IMG/VR virus record: IMGVR_UViG_3300031802_000304
Location: 1 to 32,969 of that record
Direction: 5' to 3' (one strand)
Source of the DNA: a virus
Lineage: Duplodnaviria > Caudoviricetes
Length of the DNA stretch: 32,969 nt
The translations under genes were made by a program, and so were the position numbers. The first letter of the stretch is position 1; the number at the start of each line of letters is the position of its first letter. The notes under the pieces were generated by a model. It was not told the origin of the DNA, did not search any database, and was given only the letters and a program-made list of their open reading frames with translations. Shown piece after piece: positions 17,071 to 26,100 of this stretch.

Positions 17071-18318
17071 ATGCTGGATTTAGATTTTAATAGGCGTGAT
17101 TTTTTGAGGGTTGGTGGTCTTGGCGCTGGACTGGGGGTTCTTCCGTTCTCTGACGAAGCCTTCGCAGAAGAAGAATTCATTATCCCGAGCCAAAAATCCG
17201 TAGTGTGGGTTTGGTTGGGCGGAGGTCCGACACAGTTCGAGACCTTCCATGCTCCTACTGACACAGTCCCAGACACACACATGCCGGTCACGGGATCAGT
17301 AACGCATAATAACGGACTTGCTTTTGGTGGTTTGTTTAAAGAATTGATCAAGCAGGGAGACCATCTTACCGCCGTAAATTCCTTCTCTCACGGAGACTCT
17401 TCTCACAGACAGGCCACACACTGGATGATGACGGGACACCGCAATCCCAAGAGGGAGAACACCGCTGACTCTGAATATCCCGGTCATGGAGCTATTGCCT
17501 CTTCTGTGTTTGGCTCTAACCATCCCACTAACGGCATGCCAGCTTATGTCAAGCAGGGCAAGATCGAGGGTGAGCAGCCAACGTTCTTGGGCGGAGCGCA
17601 TAAGCCTTTTGATCCATCCAATAAAGATAACCTTACACCAAGAGTTCCTGTCATCCGCTTTTCGGAGAGAAAAGAATTGCTAGGAGCTTTAGACAGAGTG
17701 GATAGGGTTTACTCCAGAGAGGCAGATTCATTCGCCAAGATTGGCAATACTGCATACAATGTTATCCTTGGTAATGCGAAGGAGGCATTTGATCTTGACA
17801 AAGAACCTGAAGCTATGCGAGAAATGTATGGCAAGGGTGGCATTGGCGACCAAATGTTGCTGGCTCGTAGACTTTCTCAGTTTGGCACCAAGTTTGTTAC
17901 GATTCACTACGGCGGTTGGGATATGCACGGCAATATCAAGAAGGCATTAGAGGGAAAGGTTCCCCCGCTTGACAAGGCCCTTGCCGCCTTTGTAAAAGAC
18001 ATCCACCAAAGCGGCATGTCTGACAACACCCTGCTTGTAGTTACTGGAGAATTTGGTAGGACCAGACTTAACGCTAACTCTGGTCGTGATCACTGGCCAT
18101 CCATTACTCCCATGCTTATGTCCGGGGGTAAGTATAACCACGGCAGAGTGATTGGTTCTGCGGACAAGGCGTACTACCCGAAGGTAGGCAAGGTTGGCCC
18201 ACTAGATGTGGCCGCAACCTTGTTTGATCATTTCGGAATTCCCAAAGAAATCCAGAGGACAGACCAAGGTGGTCGTCCACGATATCTGCTTGAGGGAGAC
18301 GGAAAGGTTATTCTGTGA
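17071..18318 (+). CDS. DUF1501-family (alkaline phosphatase/sulfatase-like fold) protein with twin-arginine-like N-terminus
   Basis: NRRDFLRVG, WLGGGPTQFETF, GGWDMH, TGEFGRT, GRDHWP, GRVIG. AAGGAGG RBS. Confidence 0.88.
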   Translation: MLDLDFNRRDFLRVGGLGAGLGVLPFSDEAFAEEEFIIPSQKSVVWVWLGGGPTQFETFHAPTDTVPDTHMPVTGSVTHNNGLAFGGLFKELIKQGDHLTAVNSFSHGDSSHRQATHWMMTGHRNPKRENTADSEYPGHGAIASSVFGSNHPTNGMPAYVKQGKIEGEQPTFLGGAHKPFDPSNKDNLTPRVPVIRFSERKELLGALDRVDRVYSREADSFAKIGNTAYNVILGNAKEAFDLDKEPEAMREMYGKGGIGDQMLLARRLSQFGTKFVTIHYGGWDMHGNIKKALEGKVPPLDKALAAFVKDIHQSGMSDNTLLVVTGEFGRTRLNANSGRDHWPSITPMLMSGGKYNHGRVIGSADKAYYPKVGKVGPLDVAATLFDHFGIPKEIQRTDQGGRPRYLLEGDGKVIL

Positions 18319-18638
18319 CAATAAAGCTTACGGAGACAGCAGCCGCCGAAGCCAAAAAATTCCTTGAAGACACTGAAGAAAAGTATTTAAGGGTTGGGGT
18401 CAAAGGCGGTGGCTGTTCTGGTTTTGAATACAGTCTCACCGTAGGTCACGAATACGATGACCAAAAAGATACGCTGTCTAATCAACATGGCGTAGATGTT
18501 GTCGTAGATAAGAAAAGCGCCCTCTATCTGGAAGGCACTACTTTGGATTATTATTCTGACATTTCTAAACGTGGCTTTAAATTTGATAACCCCAACGCAA
18601 CTAAAAGCTGTGGGTGTGGCAGCAGCTTTCAAGTTTAA
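18315..18638 (+). CDS. iscA: A-type Fe-S cluster carrier (IscA/HesB family)
   Basis: LRVGVKGGGCSGFEY, LEGTTLDY, F.FDNPNA, CGCGSSF. GTGA overlap with the DUF1501 gene. Confidence 0.95.
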   Translation: MTIKLTETAAAEAKKFLEDTEEKYLRVGVKGGGCSGFEYSLTVGHEYDDQKDTLSNQHGVDVVVDKKSALYLEGTTLDYYSDISKRGFKFDNPNATKSCGCGSSFQV

Positions 18639-18651
18639 CAGGAGCTAGCCC

Positions 18652-18945
18652 ATGATAGCAAAAAAAATTCTTGGTTGTGCTCGTGCTCTAGTGGTGCTTT
18701 TGGCAATCACCATGGGCTTTGTCATATCTATGAGTCGGAAGCCCACGGAAGCACCCACAATCTCACAACCTGTCAGACCCGTCAATTTAGATCAAGTAAA
18801 TGCCAAGCTGGATAGAATTCTTGAGGAGGGAAGAGCAAGAGATACAGTGCTCTTGCAGCAACTTTTAAAGCTTCAGCAGCACGCCCAAGGAGGCAGTCGG
18901 GGGATAATTGCTGAAAGTTTTTCGGAATTAAAGTTGGATTATTGA
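18652..18945 (+). CDS. Small protein with N-terminal TM/signal and coiled coil
   Basis: AGGAG RBS, hydrophobic ALVVLLAITMGFVI, Gln/Leu-rich helix. Confidence 0.65.
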   Translation: MIAKKILGCARALVVLLAITMGFVISMSRKPTEAPTISQPVRPVNLDQVNAKLDRILEEGRARDTVLLQQLLKLQQHAQGGSRGIIAESFSELKLDY

Positions 18946-18962
18946 CAGGTTTATGCTATAAT
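18934..18962 (+). promoter_or_regulatory. sigma70-like promoter with extended -10 (TTGGAT-17 bp-TATAAT, TGc before -10)
   Basis: TTGGAT 18934-18939, TG at 18954-18955 and TATAAT 18957-18962, upstream of dnaE-N. Confidence 0.65.
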
Positions 18963-19000
18963 AGTGTAAGCCGATTTGAAATTTAACATTGAAGGACACT

Positions 19001-20656
19001 ATGGACTGGGCACCACTCTGCAACTATACGCATTATAGTCTGCTAAAGGGCTTCTCTAAGCCTGACGAACTGGCTAAAAAATGTAGCGAAAATGGATATA
19101 AGGCTTGCGGGATTACCGACTACAAGTCTATCTCTGGCGCTGTATCCTTCTACCAAGCCTGTATCAAGCACGGCATCAAACCCATCATAGGCTGTGCTTT
19201 CGATCAGTTCACCCTTCTTGCCAAGAACAAAGAGGGTTGGAACGATCTCATAGAACTGGTTTCCTCTCTTGATACTGATGGCAATATACCCACACACGAA
19301 TCTAAGCGTATCTTTGACAATAGAAACCTCGTCTGCATTGCTTCTAAAAAATATCCCGCACTAGGCGAGGACTCTTATGCTGAGTCTCCAGCAATGCCCA
19401 GTTCGTACTACACAAACCGAGAAGACGCTTCTCTTCACAGAGTTTTACTTAGCTCCGACCTTAAGACCACCCTGCCCAAGATACAAAAAAAGCTTAAGCG
19501 TGGAGAGCTATCAGCAGATGTAGAAAAGCTCTTTACCCACGACGACTTTTATTTACACAGTAAGGAAGAAATCACAGAATCTCTACTGAACGAATGTTCT
19601 TACGAGCAAGTGTCTGAGGTAACGGAGATCATTAATAAGTGCGGACATTATGACATCCTATGCAAGCCACGATTGCCAGAGTTCTCATGCCCTGACGGCC
19701 AGCCGGAAGAAGAAATGTTGACCGACCTTTGTCGCGTGGGATGGAGGCAGCTTCTTTCGGATACAGGCAAGGTCGATGACCCAGAAGATAAAGAGGTATA
19801 CAAAGCAAGGTTTGAAGAAGAGCTTAGTGTTATCAAGGAAGCTAATCTGTTTGGATATTTTCTTGTAGTGTGGGACATTATCCGTTTTGTAAACGAAAAG
19901 GGTTGGCTATCTGGTCCGGGCCGTGGGTCTGCCGCCGGATGCCTACTGTCATACCTGATGGGCATAACAAAAATTGATCCTATTGAATATGATTTGCTTT
20001 TCGAGAGGTTCTACAACAAGGGTAGAAATACAGACGGACACATCTCATTGCCTGACATTGATATAGACGTACCCGGAAAAAAACGCGACGAGATTATTGA
20101 ATACCTGAAGGATAAATATGGACATGATAATGTTAGCCAGATGATTACCTTTGGCAGGCTTCAGGGCCGTAGCGCACTAAAAGAAGTCTTACGCATCAAT
20201 GAGGCGTGCTCGTTTGGCGAGATGAATGAAATAACAAGGAGCATACCCAACGAGGCAGATATTTCAGACCAACTTCAAGAGATGGATGACGAGGACAGAT
20301 CTATCATTAGATGGGCACTCATCAATCATGCAGATGAACTGAGAGGCTTTTGCTTTATCAACGATTACGGAGAACTCGATGGCGACTATGCAGAGTTCTT
20401 TGACCAAGCAATCCGTATGGAAGGAACCTTTAAGTCTCAGGGAAAGCACCCTGCCGGGATAGTTATCTCACGAGACAGATTGAGAAGCGTATGTCCAATG
20501 GTAGACCAAAGGAGTGGTAACGAAAAGATTGCAGGACTAGAAATGAGTGACCTAGAAAGCTTAGGCCACGTCAAGTTCGATGTACTAGGGATTAATCTGT
20601 TGGATAAAATTATGAAAATTCAGGATATATTAGAGGAGTCTTGTCATGGCGAATAG
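19001..20656 (+). CDS. dnaE: DNA polymerase III alpha, N-terminal half (PHP + palm/thumb)
   Basis: YSLL.G, GIKPIIG, GPGRGSAAG, LLFERF, PDIDID, KHPAG, KFDVLG. ATG 19001 follows an AAGGA RBS; track start is TTG 18989. Confidence 0.92.
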   Translation: MDWAPLCNYTHYSLLKGFSKPDELAKKCSENGYKACGITDYKSISGAVSFYQACIKHGIKPIIGCAFDQFTLLAKNKEGWNDLIELVSSLDTDGNIPTHESKRIFDNRNLVCIASKKYPALGEDSYAESPAMPSSYYTNREDASLHRVLLSSDLKTTLPKIQKKLKRGELSADVEKLFTHDDFYLHSKEEITESLLNECSYEQVSEVTEIINKCGHYDILCKPRLPEFSCPDGQPEEEMLTDLCRVGWRQLLSDTGKVDDPEDKEVYKARFEEELSVIKEANLFGYFLVVWDIIRFVNEKGWLSGPGRGSAAGCLLSYLMGITKIDPIEYDLLFERFYNKGRNTDGHISLPDIDIDVPGKKRDEIIEYLKDKYGHDNVSQMITFGRLQGRSALKEVLRINEACSFGEMNEITRSIPNEADISDQLQEMDDEDRSIIRWALINHADELRGFCFINDYGELDGDYAEFFDQAIRMEGTFKSQGKHPAGIVISRDRLRSVCPMVDQRSGNEKIAGLEMSDLESLGHVKFDVLGINLLDKIMKIQDILEESCHGE

Positions 20657-21323
20657 AGATTTTATTGTATTTGACTTTGAAACTGGTTCGCGTAATCCGC
20701 ACAGAACCCAGCCCACTCAGCTAGCAGCCGTGGCTCTAGATGGGAGGAATCTAAAACTCAAGGGCACTTTCAATAGCGAGATTAGGCCCATACTCAGTGA
20801 CAAAAAGGCTGAGGAGGCTGGTCTAGACCCCTTGGAAGACGAAGCCCTGCGTATTACAGGCAAGACTAGAGAAGAATTAAAGAAAGCTCCGACACTAAGA
20901 TCGGTATGGAAAAAATTCCATCAATTTGTTGATCAATATAACTGGAAAGGCACGCAGTGGTTTGCCCCCATACCCGTAGGGTGGAACATCATAGGGTTTG
21001 ATATGGTTATTGTGAACCGGCTATGCAAAGAATACGGGCCGTTTAATACAGACAGGGAGCAGCAAAAACTATTTCACGCGATTTACAAAATAGATATGAT
21101 GGACAATTACTTTATGTGGACTGAGGGAGACCCCTCTGTGAAGTCGATTAGCATGGATGCCACCCGTGAACGTATGGGCCTTAGCAAAGAAAATGCTCAC
21201 GACGCACTTCAAGACGTTAAAGACTGCGGAAACATAATGATTAAATTCTTGAAGACACATAGATCTGTTTACCAAAACTTGAAGCTTGATAAGGCATTTG
21301 CAAATGGAAACCTGTATATCTAA
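20646..21323 (+). CDS. DEDDh 3'-5' exonuclease (DnaQ/epsilon-like)
   Basis: ExoI DFETG, ExoII GWNIIGFD, ExoIII HDALQD. Own GAGGAG RBS. Confidence 0.9.
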   Translation: MANRDFIVFDFETGSRNPHRTQPTQLAAVALDGRNLKLKGTFNSEIRPILSDKKAEEAGLDPLEDEALRITGKTREELKKAPTLRSVWKKFHQFVDQYNWKGTQWFAPIPVGWNIIGFDMVIVNRLCKEYGPFNTDREQQKLFHAIYKIDMMDNYFMWTEGDPSVKSISMDATRERMGLSKENAHDALQDVKDCGNIMIKFLKTHRSVYQNLKLDKAFANGNLYI

Positions 21324-22902
21324 GCCTAATACAGACCTAGTAATTGATTACGATTGCGACACAACTTGGGGTCTGTTCAGAGATGGCAAAACAAAAGGAG
21401 TATTTCAACTTGAAAGCAACCTTGGAAAATCTTGGTCCAAAAAGCTAAAGCCTTCTAGCATTGAAGAGCTTGCTGCTCTCATAGCTTTAATACGTCCCGG
21501 CTGTCTCAAGGCTATCCAAGATGGCAAGTCGATGACCCAAAGATATGTTGATAGGAAAAGAGGTATTGAGGAGGTCACCTGTCTAGACCCGTCTCTTGAA
21601 GAGATTCTAAATCCCACATACGGAGTGTTGGTATACCAAGAACAGTCCATGAGGATTGCCCAAAAGATTGCGGGGTTCAACCTACAAGAGGCAGACGTTC
21701 TCAGAAAAGCCATTGGAAAAAAGAAGGCTGGACTCATGGCACAAGTCAAGAGTTCTTTCCTAGGAGGCGCAGAAAATAAAGGGATCGTTACTAATGATAT
21801 TGCAGAAGAAATTTTTAGCTGGATTGAAAAATCTTCTCGCTATTCATTTAACAAATCTCACGCTGTAGCCTACGCGATGTGCTCCTACTGGAGCGCCTAC
21901 CAGAAGGCACACCATACCAATGAATTCTTTTTGTCCTATCTGTATTTTGCTAATGAGAAACAAAATCCTCATGAAGAAATATACGAACTGGTAACAGAAG
22001 CTAAGCTTTTTGATTTAGAAACCAAGACCCCCAACATCACCAGCTTCTCCGAAAAATTCAACATAAAAGATAGTACTATATACTTTGGTATAAAGGATAT
22101 TAAATCTTTGTCTGGCAAATCAGGAGATAAAGCCATTCAGGCTGTATGCGATTTAAAATCTGAGCTTCGAAAGCCCATAAGCGACTGTACGTGGATGGAG
22201 ATACTACTATATTTTTCTCCGAAGGTGAACTCGACTGCCTTCAAAGCTCTTTCTTCTGTGGGGTTCTTCAGGGGATTTAAGGACAAAGTTACCAGAAACG
22301 AAGCTCTATATCAGTACAGTATTTACAGGACATTGACAAAAGCTGAGACCAAGTGGGCTGAGGAACACTACCCCAAAAAACAGTGGAAGAACTTTTCAGA
22401 TTGCCTTAGAGATTTAGCTCCCCTGAAGAAGGAGGGCGGCGGAACACACCGTGTGGATCGTAGTCAGATTGTTTTAAACGAGCTTTACTTATTAGAGAAT
22501 CCTCCCTATGCATTATCAGATGACCCCGGATGGGTGATAGACCAAGAGGTAAGGCTGTTAGGGTGTCCCGTCTCTATGTCTAGAATAGAAACGTCAGATA
22601 CGTCTGCCGCTAACACGACCTGCAAGGAAATACTCAATGGAAAGACTGGAAGCGGCCTGTGCATATGTGGAAACTTGAAGAAGATGTCAGACTATAAGAT
22701 TACCAAAGGCGAATCAAAAGGAAAGTACATGGCCTTCTTGACTATAGAAGATGAAACCTGTTCCCTAGACGGAGCAATTGCCTTCCCAGACGTAAGAGAG
22801 AAGAACAAGTATATATTATATGAAGGAAACAATCTAGTTCTGTGCGGCAGTGTTAAACGAGGAGACAATTCCTTCATAGTTAACAGAATTCACGAGATTT
22901 AA
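21304..22902 (+). CDS. dnaE: DNA polymerase III alpha, C-terminal half (fingers, HhH, OB fold)
   Basis: GVFQLES, ALIRPG, TYGVLVYQEQ, ADVLRKAIGKKK, YSFNKSHAVAY, FGIKDIK, MAFLTIED. Probable ATG at 21304. Confidence 0.92.
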   Translation: METCISKPNTDLVIDYDCDTTWGLFRDGKTKGVFQLESNLGKSWSKKLKPSSIEELAALIALIRPGCLKAIQDGKSMTQRYVDRKRGIEEVTCLDPSLEEILNPTYGVLVYQEQSMRIAQKIAGFNLQEADVLRKAIGKKKAGLMAQVKSSFLGGAENKGIVTNDIAEEIFSWIEKSSRYSFNKSHAVAYAMCSYWSAYQKAHHTNEFFLSYLYFANEKQNPHEEIYELVTEAKLFDLETKTPNITSFSEKFNIKDSTIYFGIKDIKSLSGKSGDKAIQAVCDLKSELRKPISDCTWMEILLYFSPKVNSTAFKALSSVGFFRGFKDKVTRNEALYQYSIYRTLTKAETKWAEEHYPKKQWKNFSDCLRDLAPLKKEGGGTHRVDRSQIVLNELYLLENPPYALSDDPGWVIDQEVRLLGCPVSMSRIETSDTSAANTTCKEILNGKTGSGLCICGNLKKMSDYKITKGESKGKYMAFLTIEDETCSLDGAIAFPDVREKNKYILYEGNNLVLCGSVKRGDNSFIVNRIHEI

Positions 22903-22969
22903 TGTGTTTTAAATTGCTGTCGCGGCTAAAATAGTAAGATATAAGATAAGTTTATACTGGGGAAAAGAA

Positions 22970-23281
22970 ATGAACCTATGTTCTTTTACTGGGTTTCTTA
23001 CGGAAGATCCAGTTCTAACGCAGGTTGATAGGGTTAGTCAGGCGTCTTTTACGCTAGTAACTTACACCTACAGAACCGCTAAAAGCACTGGAGAGAAGAG
23101 TAGGATTCCCACATTTATCAAATGCGAAGCTTGGCATACAGGCGCAGAAACTATACACAAGCTGTTTGTCAAAGGTTCTAAAATACACGTACACGCCTCC
23201 GCAAAAAATGTTGCCAAGGGTAGCCGTGAAATTGTTTTTCGCGTGAATGAATTTGATGTTGGCGACACGATGGCAGACTAG
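22970..23281 (+). CDS. ssb: Short single-stranded DNA-binding protein (OB fold)
   Basis: MN...TGFLTEDP, FTLV, FIKCEAW, AE....KGS.I.V pattern of bacterial-type SSB, with a very short acidic tail. Confidence 0.8.
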   Translation: MNLCSFTGFLTEDPVLTQVDRVSQASFTLVTYTYRTAKSTGEKSRIPTFIKCEAWHTGAETIHKLFVKGSKIHVHASAKNVAKGSREIVFRVNEFDVGDTMAD

Positions 23282-23310
23282 CGATCTATACCTTTATCGG
23301 TGAGGATGTA

Positions 23311-24975
23311 ATGCGAAAGAAAAGAATTCTCTTCTGTAGTGAGGCCACGTTTCTCAACACCGGGTATGCTACATATGCTAGGGAGATTCTAAACTACCTA
23401 CATGGCACTGGGAAGTACGAGCTTGCAGAGCTTGCCTCTTACGGCGAAAGAAACGACAAGCGTGCTGTAGGTATACCGTGGAGATACTACGGCGTAATGC
23501 CTAATATGGAAAGCGAACCAAAAGCCGCACAATCAGAAATAGACTCATACGGCTCCGTTCCAACCAACCAGTTTGGAGAATTTCTGTTTGAGCATGTGTG
23601 CCTAGACTTTTTTCCAGATATAGTTTGCGATATCAGAGACTTCTGGATGCTAGACTTTGCAGACAGGTCTCCGTACAGGCCGTTTTTCAAATGGGCTATT
23701 ATGCCCACTGTGGACGCTAGCCCCCAAGCCAGACAATGGATTGCCACTTATGAATCAGCAGACGCCTGCTTCACATACTCCGACTGGGCTGGTGGAATCC
23801 TAGGCGACCAGTCAGGGGGAAAGATCAACTACCTTGGTAGCGCCCCACCATCAGCGCATCCAGCGTATCAGCCTATACAGGATAAGGATGAGCACAAAAA
23901 GAAATTTGGGATAGATCCAGAATATAAAATCATAGGCACAGTGATGCGTAACCAAAGACGCAAGCTGTACCCCGATTTGTTTGAAGCCTTTAAGAAATTT
24001 CTAGATTCTTCCGAAGATAAAAAGTACATCTTGTATTGCCATACGAGCTACCCCGACTTAGGGTGGGATATACCTGAACTAATACACCAACACGAACTAT
24101 CTGCTCATGTTATGTTTACATACATATGCAGGGAAACCAGAAAGCCATTTCCTTCTCTTTTTAAGGGAGCCATGGCACAGTCTCCCTACACTGGCAAATT
24201 TGGCTCTACACTTTCTAGCGTCAAACTAGGAGTAGAGTATTCCGAGTTGTCCGATATCATTAATCTTTTTGATCTGTACGTACAGTACGCAAACTGCGAG
24301 GGCTTTGGACTCCCGCAAGTAGAGGCGGCTGCGTGTGGCGTTCCCGTGATGGGTACGGATTATTCAGCCATGGAAAGCGTGCTAAGAAAGCTGGGTGGAA
24401 TAACTACTAAGCCCAAAGCCTTTTACAAAGAACTCGAAACCGGATGCCTTAGAGCAGTTCCAGACAACGATTTGGCCGCAGAGCAGTTCAAAGAATTTTT
24501 CAGTCAGCCTAAAAGTTTGAGAAGAAAAATGGGCTTTAATACACGAAAGGCGTTTGAGAAATTCTACCAATGGGACATTAGCGGAAAGAAATGGGAAGAA
24601 TATTTTGATAGCGTTCAGCTAATTCCAAAAGAACTTGGGTGGGGTTCTCCCCCCAAGGTTTTACAGCCATCTCCCAAGCCAGAGGTCCAAGACAATGCTA
24701 GCCCAGCACAATTAGCTAGATGGCTAATAGTAGAAGCGTTGAAAGACCCCTCTAAAATCAATACTTTTTTTGAGGCAAGGCTCATGAGAGATCTCATATA
24801 CCACACTACAACAGGAACTACTGGAGGTATGTATTTCAACGAAAGTTCTGCCGCATTTGACGGTAAAAATACAAGATCCTCGTTCAACTTTGACATGGCT
24901 TACGACCACATGGTTCAACTGTGTAACAGAAGGAACATGTGGGAAGACAAAAGACAGAAGGCGATCTCAAAATGA
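23311..24975 (+). CDS. GT-B glycosyltransferase (GT4-like) with C-terminal extension
   Basis: TGYATY, RNQRRK, EGFGLPQVEAAACGVPV, DYSAM. Confidence 0.9.
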   Translation: MRKKRILFCSEATFLNTGYATYAREILNYLHGTGKYELAELASYGERNDKRAVGIPWRYYGVMPNMESEPKAAQSEIDSYGSVPTNQFGEFLFEHVCLDFFPDIVCDIRDFWMLDFADRSPYRPFFKWAIMPTVDASPQARQWIATYESADACFTYSDWAGGILGDQSGGKINYLGSAPPSAHPAYQPIQDKDEHKKKFGIDPEYKIIGTVMRNQRRKLYPDLFEAFKKFLDSSEDKKYILYCHTSYPDLGWDIPELIHQHELSAHVMFTYICRETRKPFPSLFKGAMAQSPYTGKFGSTLSSVKLGVEYSELSDIINLFDLYVQYANCEGFGLPQVEAAACGVPVMGTDYSAMESVLRKLGGITTKPKAFYKELETGCLRAVPDNDLAAEQFKEFFSQPKSLRRKMGFNTRKAFEKFYQWDISGKKWEEYFDSVQLIPKELGWGSPPKVLQPSPKPEVQDNASPAQLARWLIVEALKDPSKINTFFEARLMRDLIYHTTTGTTGGMYFNESSAAFDGKNTRSSFNFDMAYDHMVQLCNRRNMWEDKRQKAISK

Positions 24976-26099
24976 AAGTACTCTATCTAGGGCATTATCG
25001 AGAGTTTGGAGGCTGGTCTCAAGCGGCTAGGAACTATATCTTAGCAATGGACTCAGTCGGTATAGACGTGGTGTGTAGAGATATTCCTCTCACTCAGAGA
25101 CAATCAGACATCCCGCCTAGAATCTCAGAGTTAGAACAGAAGAGCGTGGAAGGTTGCGATGTTTGTATACAAAACTTGCTTCCGCATCATTTGATAGGAA
25201 CTAAACAGTTTAAGAAAAACATAGCAATCATCTTTTCTGAATCATCGAGCATTAAGTCTTTACCGTGGTTTATTGCCCTACAACAGATGGACGAGGTTTG
25301 GGTTCCCAACTCCGATTCTCAAATGTCTTTTGTGCTAGACAACCTTATGCCAGAAGACCGCATCAAGGTTGTCCCCTGTGCATCAGACCTGTCTCAGTAC
25401 AACGGGCAACAGCAACACCGCACTATCCTTATCCAAGAGACAGAGGGCAAGTTTAAGTTCTATTACATCGGAGACTTCAACGATAGAAAAAATATCCCCT
25501 CCATCATCAGGTCATTTCATAGTGAATTTGACAGGTCTGAGCCTGTATCCCTTATTATTAAAGTGCAGAGGTTCGGAACTAGTCCAGAGCAGCTTGACTC
25601 TGCCGTCAAAGATGTATGCACACAAATTAAAACGCGATTGAGATTATATAAGTCTATTGAATCGTACCATTCAGAAGTTATTATACCAGAAGAAATTGAT
25701 GATTCCGGTATATGCTCCATTCATAGCTATGCTGATTGCCTAGTTTCTCCATCTCACGGAGAAGCTTGGTCTATTCCTGCCTTTGATGCCATGTGTTTTG
25801 GCAACACCCCTATATGCAGCAACGTTGGTGGACCCAAGGAGTTTATTGGCACAAACCGTGACACCGGGACATTAGTAGACGGACAACAAACAACATGTAT
25901 TTATTCAGACCCTGCCTTTAAAGACATGTTCACAGGCAGAGAAAGCTGGCTTGATCCAAGCGACGATGAAATTAAAAAGGCTATGAGATATTACTATGAA
26001 AATAGAAACGAAATAGATAAAACGGCAGGACTTATGCAAGCTCAAAAGTTTTCATATGAGAACATTGGCAACAAGATAAAAGAATATCTAGGAGTATAA
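24972..26099 (+). CDS. GT-B glycosyltransferase (GT4-like)
   Basis: GGWSQAAR, DEVWVP, RKNI, PSHGEAWSIPAFDAMCFG. ATGA overlap start at 24972. Confidence 0.88.
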   Translation: MKVLYLGHYREFGGWSQAARNYILAMDSVGIDVVCRDIPLTQRQSDIPPRISELEQKSVEGCDVCIQNLLPHHLIGTKQFKKNIAIIFSESSSIKSLPWFIALQQMDEVWVPNSDSQMSFVLDNLMPEDRIKVVPCASDLSQYNGQQQHRTILIQETEGKFKFYYIGDFNDRKNIPSIIRSFHSEFDRSEPVSLIIKVQRFGTSPEQLDSAVKDVCTQIKTRLRLYKSIESYHSEVIIPEEIDDSGICSIHSYADCLVSPSHGEAWSIPAFDAMCFGNTPICSNVGGPKEFIGTNRDTGTLVDGQQTTCIYSDPAFKDMFTGRESWLDPSDDEIKKAMRYYYENRNEIDKTAGLMQAQKFSYENIGNKIKEYLGV

Positions 26100-26100
26100 C

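Noticed and set aside
18942-18947. Perfect TTGACA near the dnaE promoter
   Set aside because: It is only 9 bp from TATAAT, too close to be the -35 element. TTGGAT at 17 bp and the extended -10 fit better.
20600-21360. Split intein or homing endonuclease at the dnaE break
   Set aside because: No intein N-terminal C/S block, no His-Asn C-terminus and no LAGLIDADG/HNH motifs. The intervening ORF is a DEDDh exonuclease.
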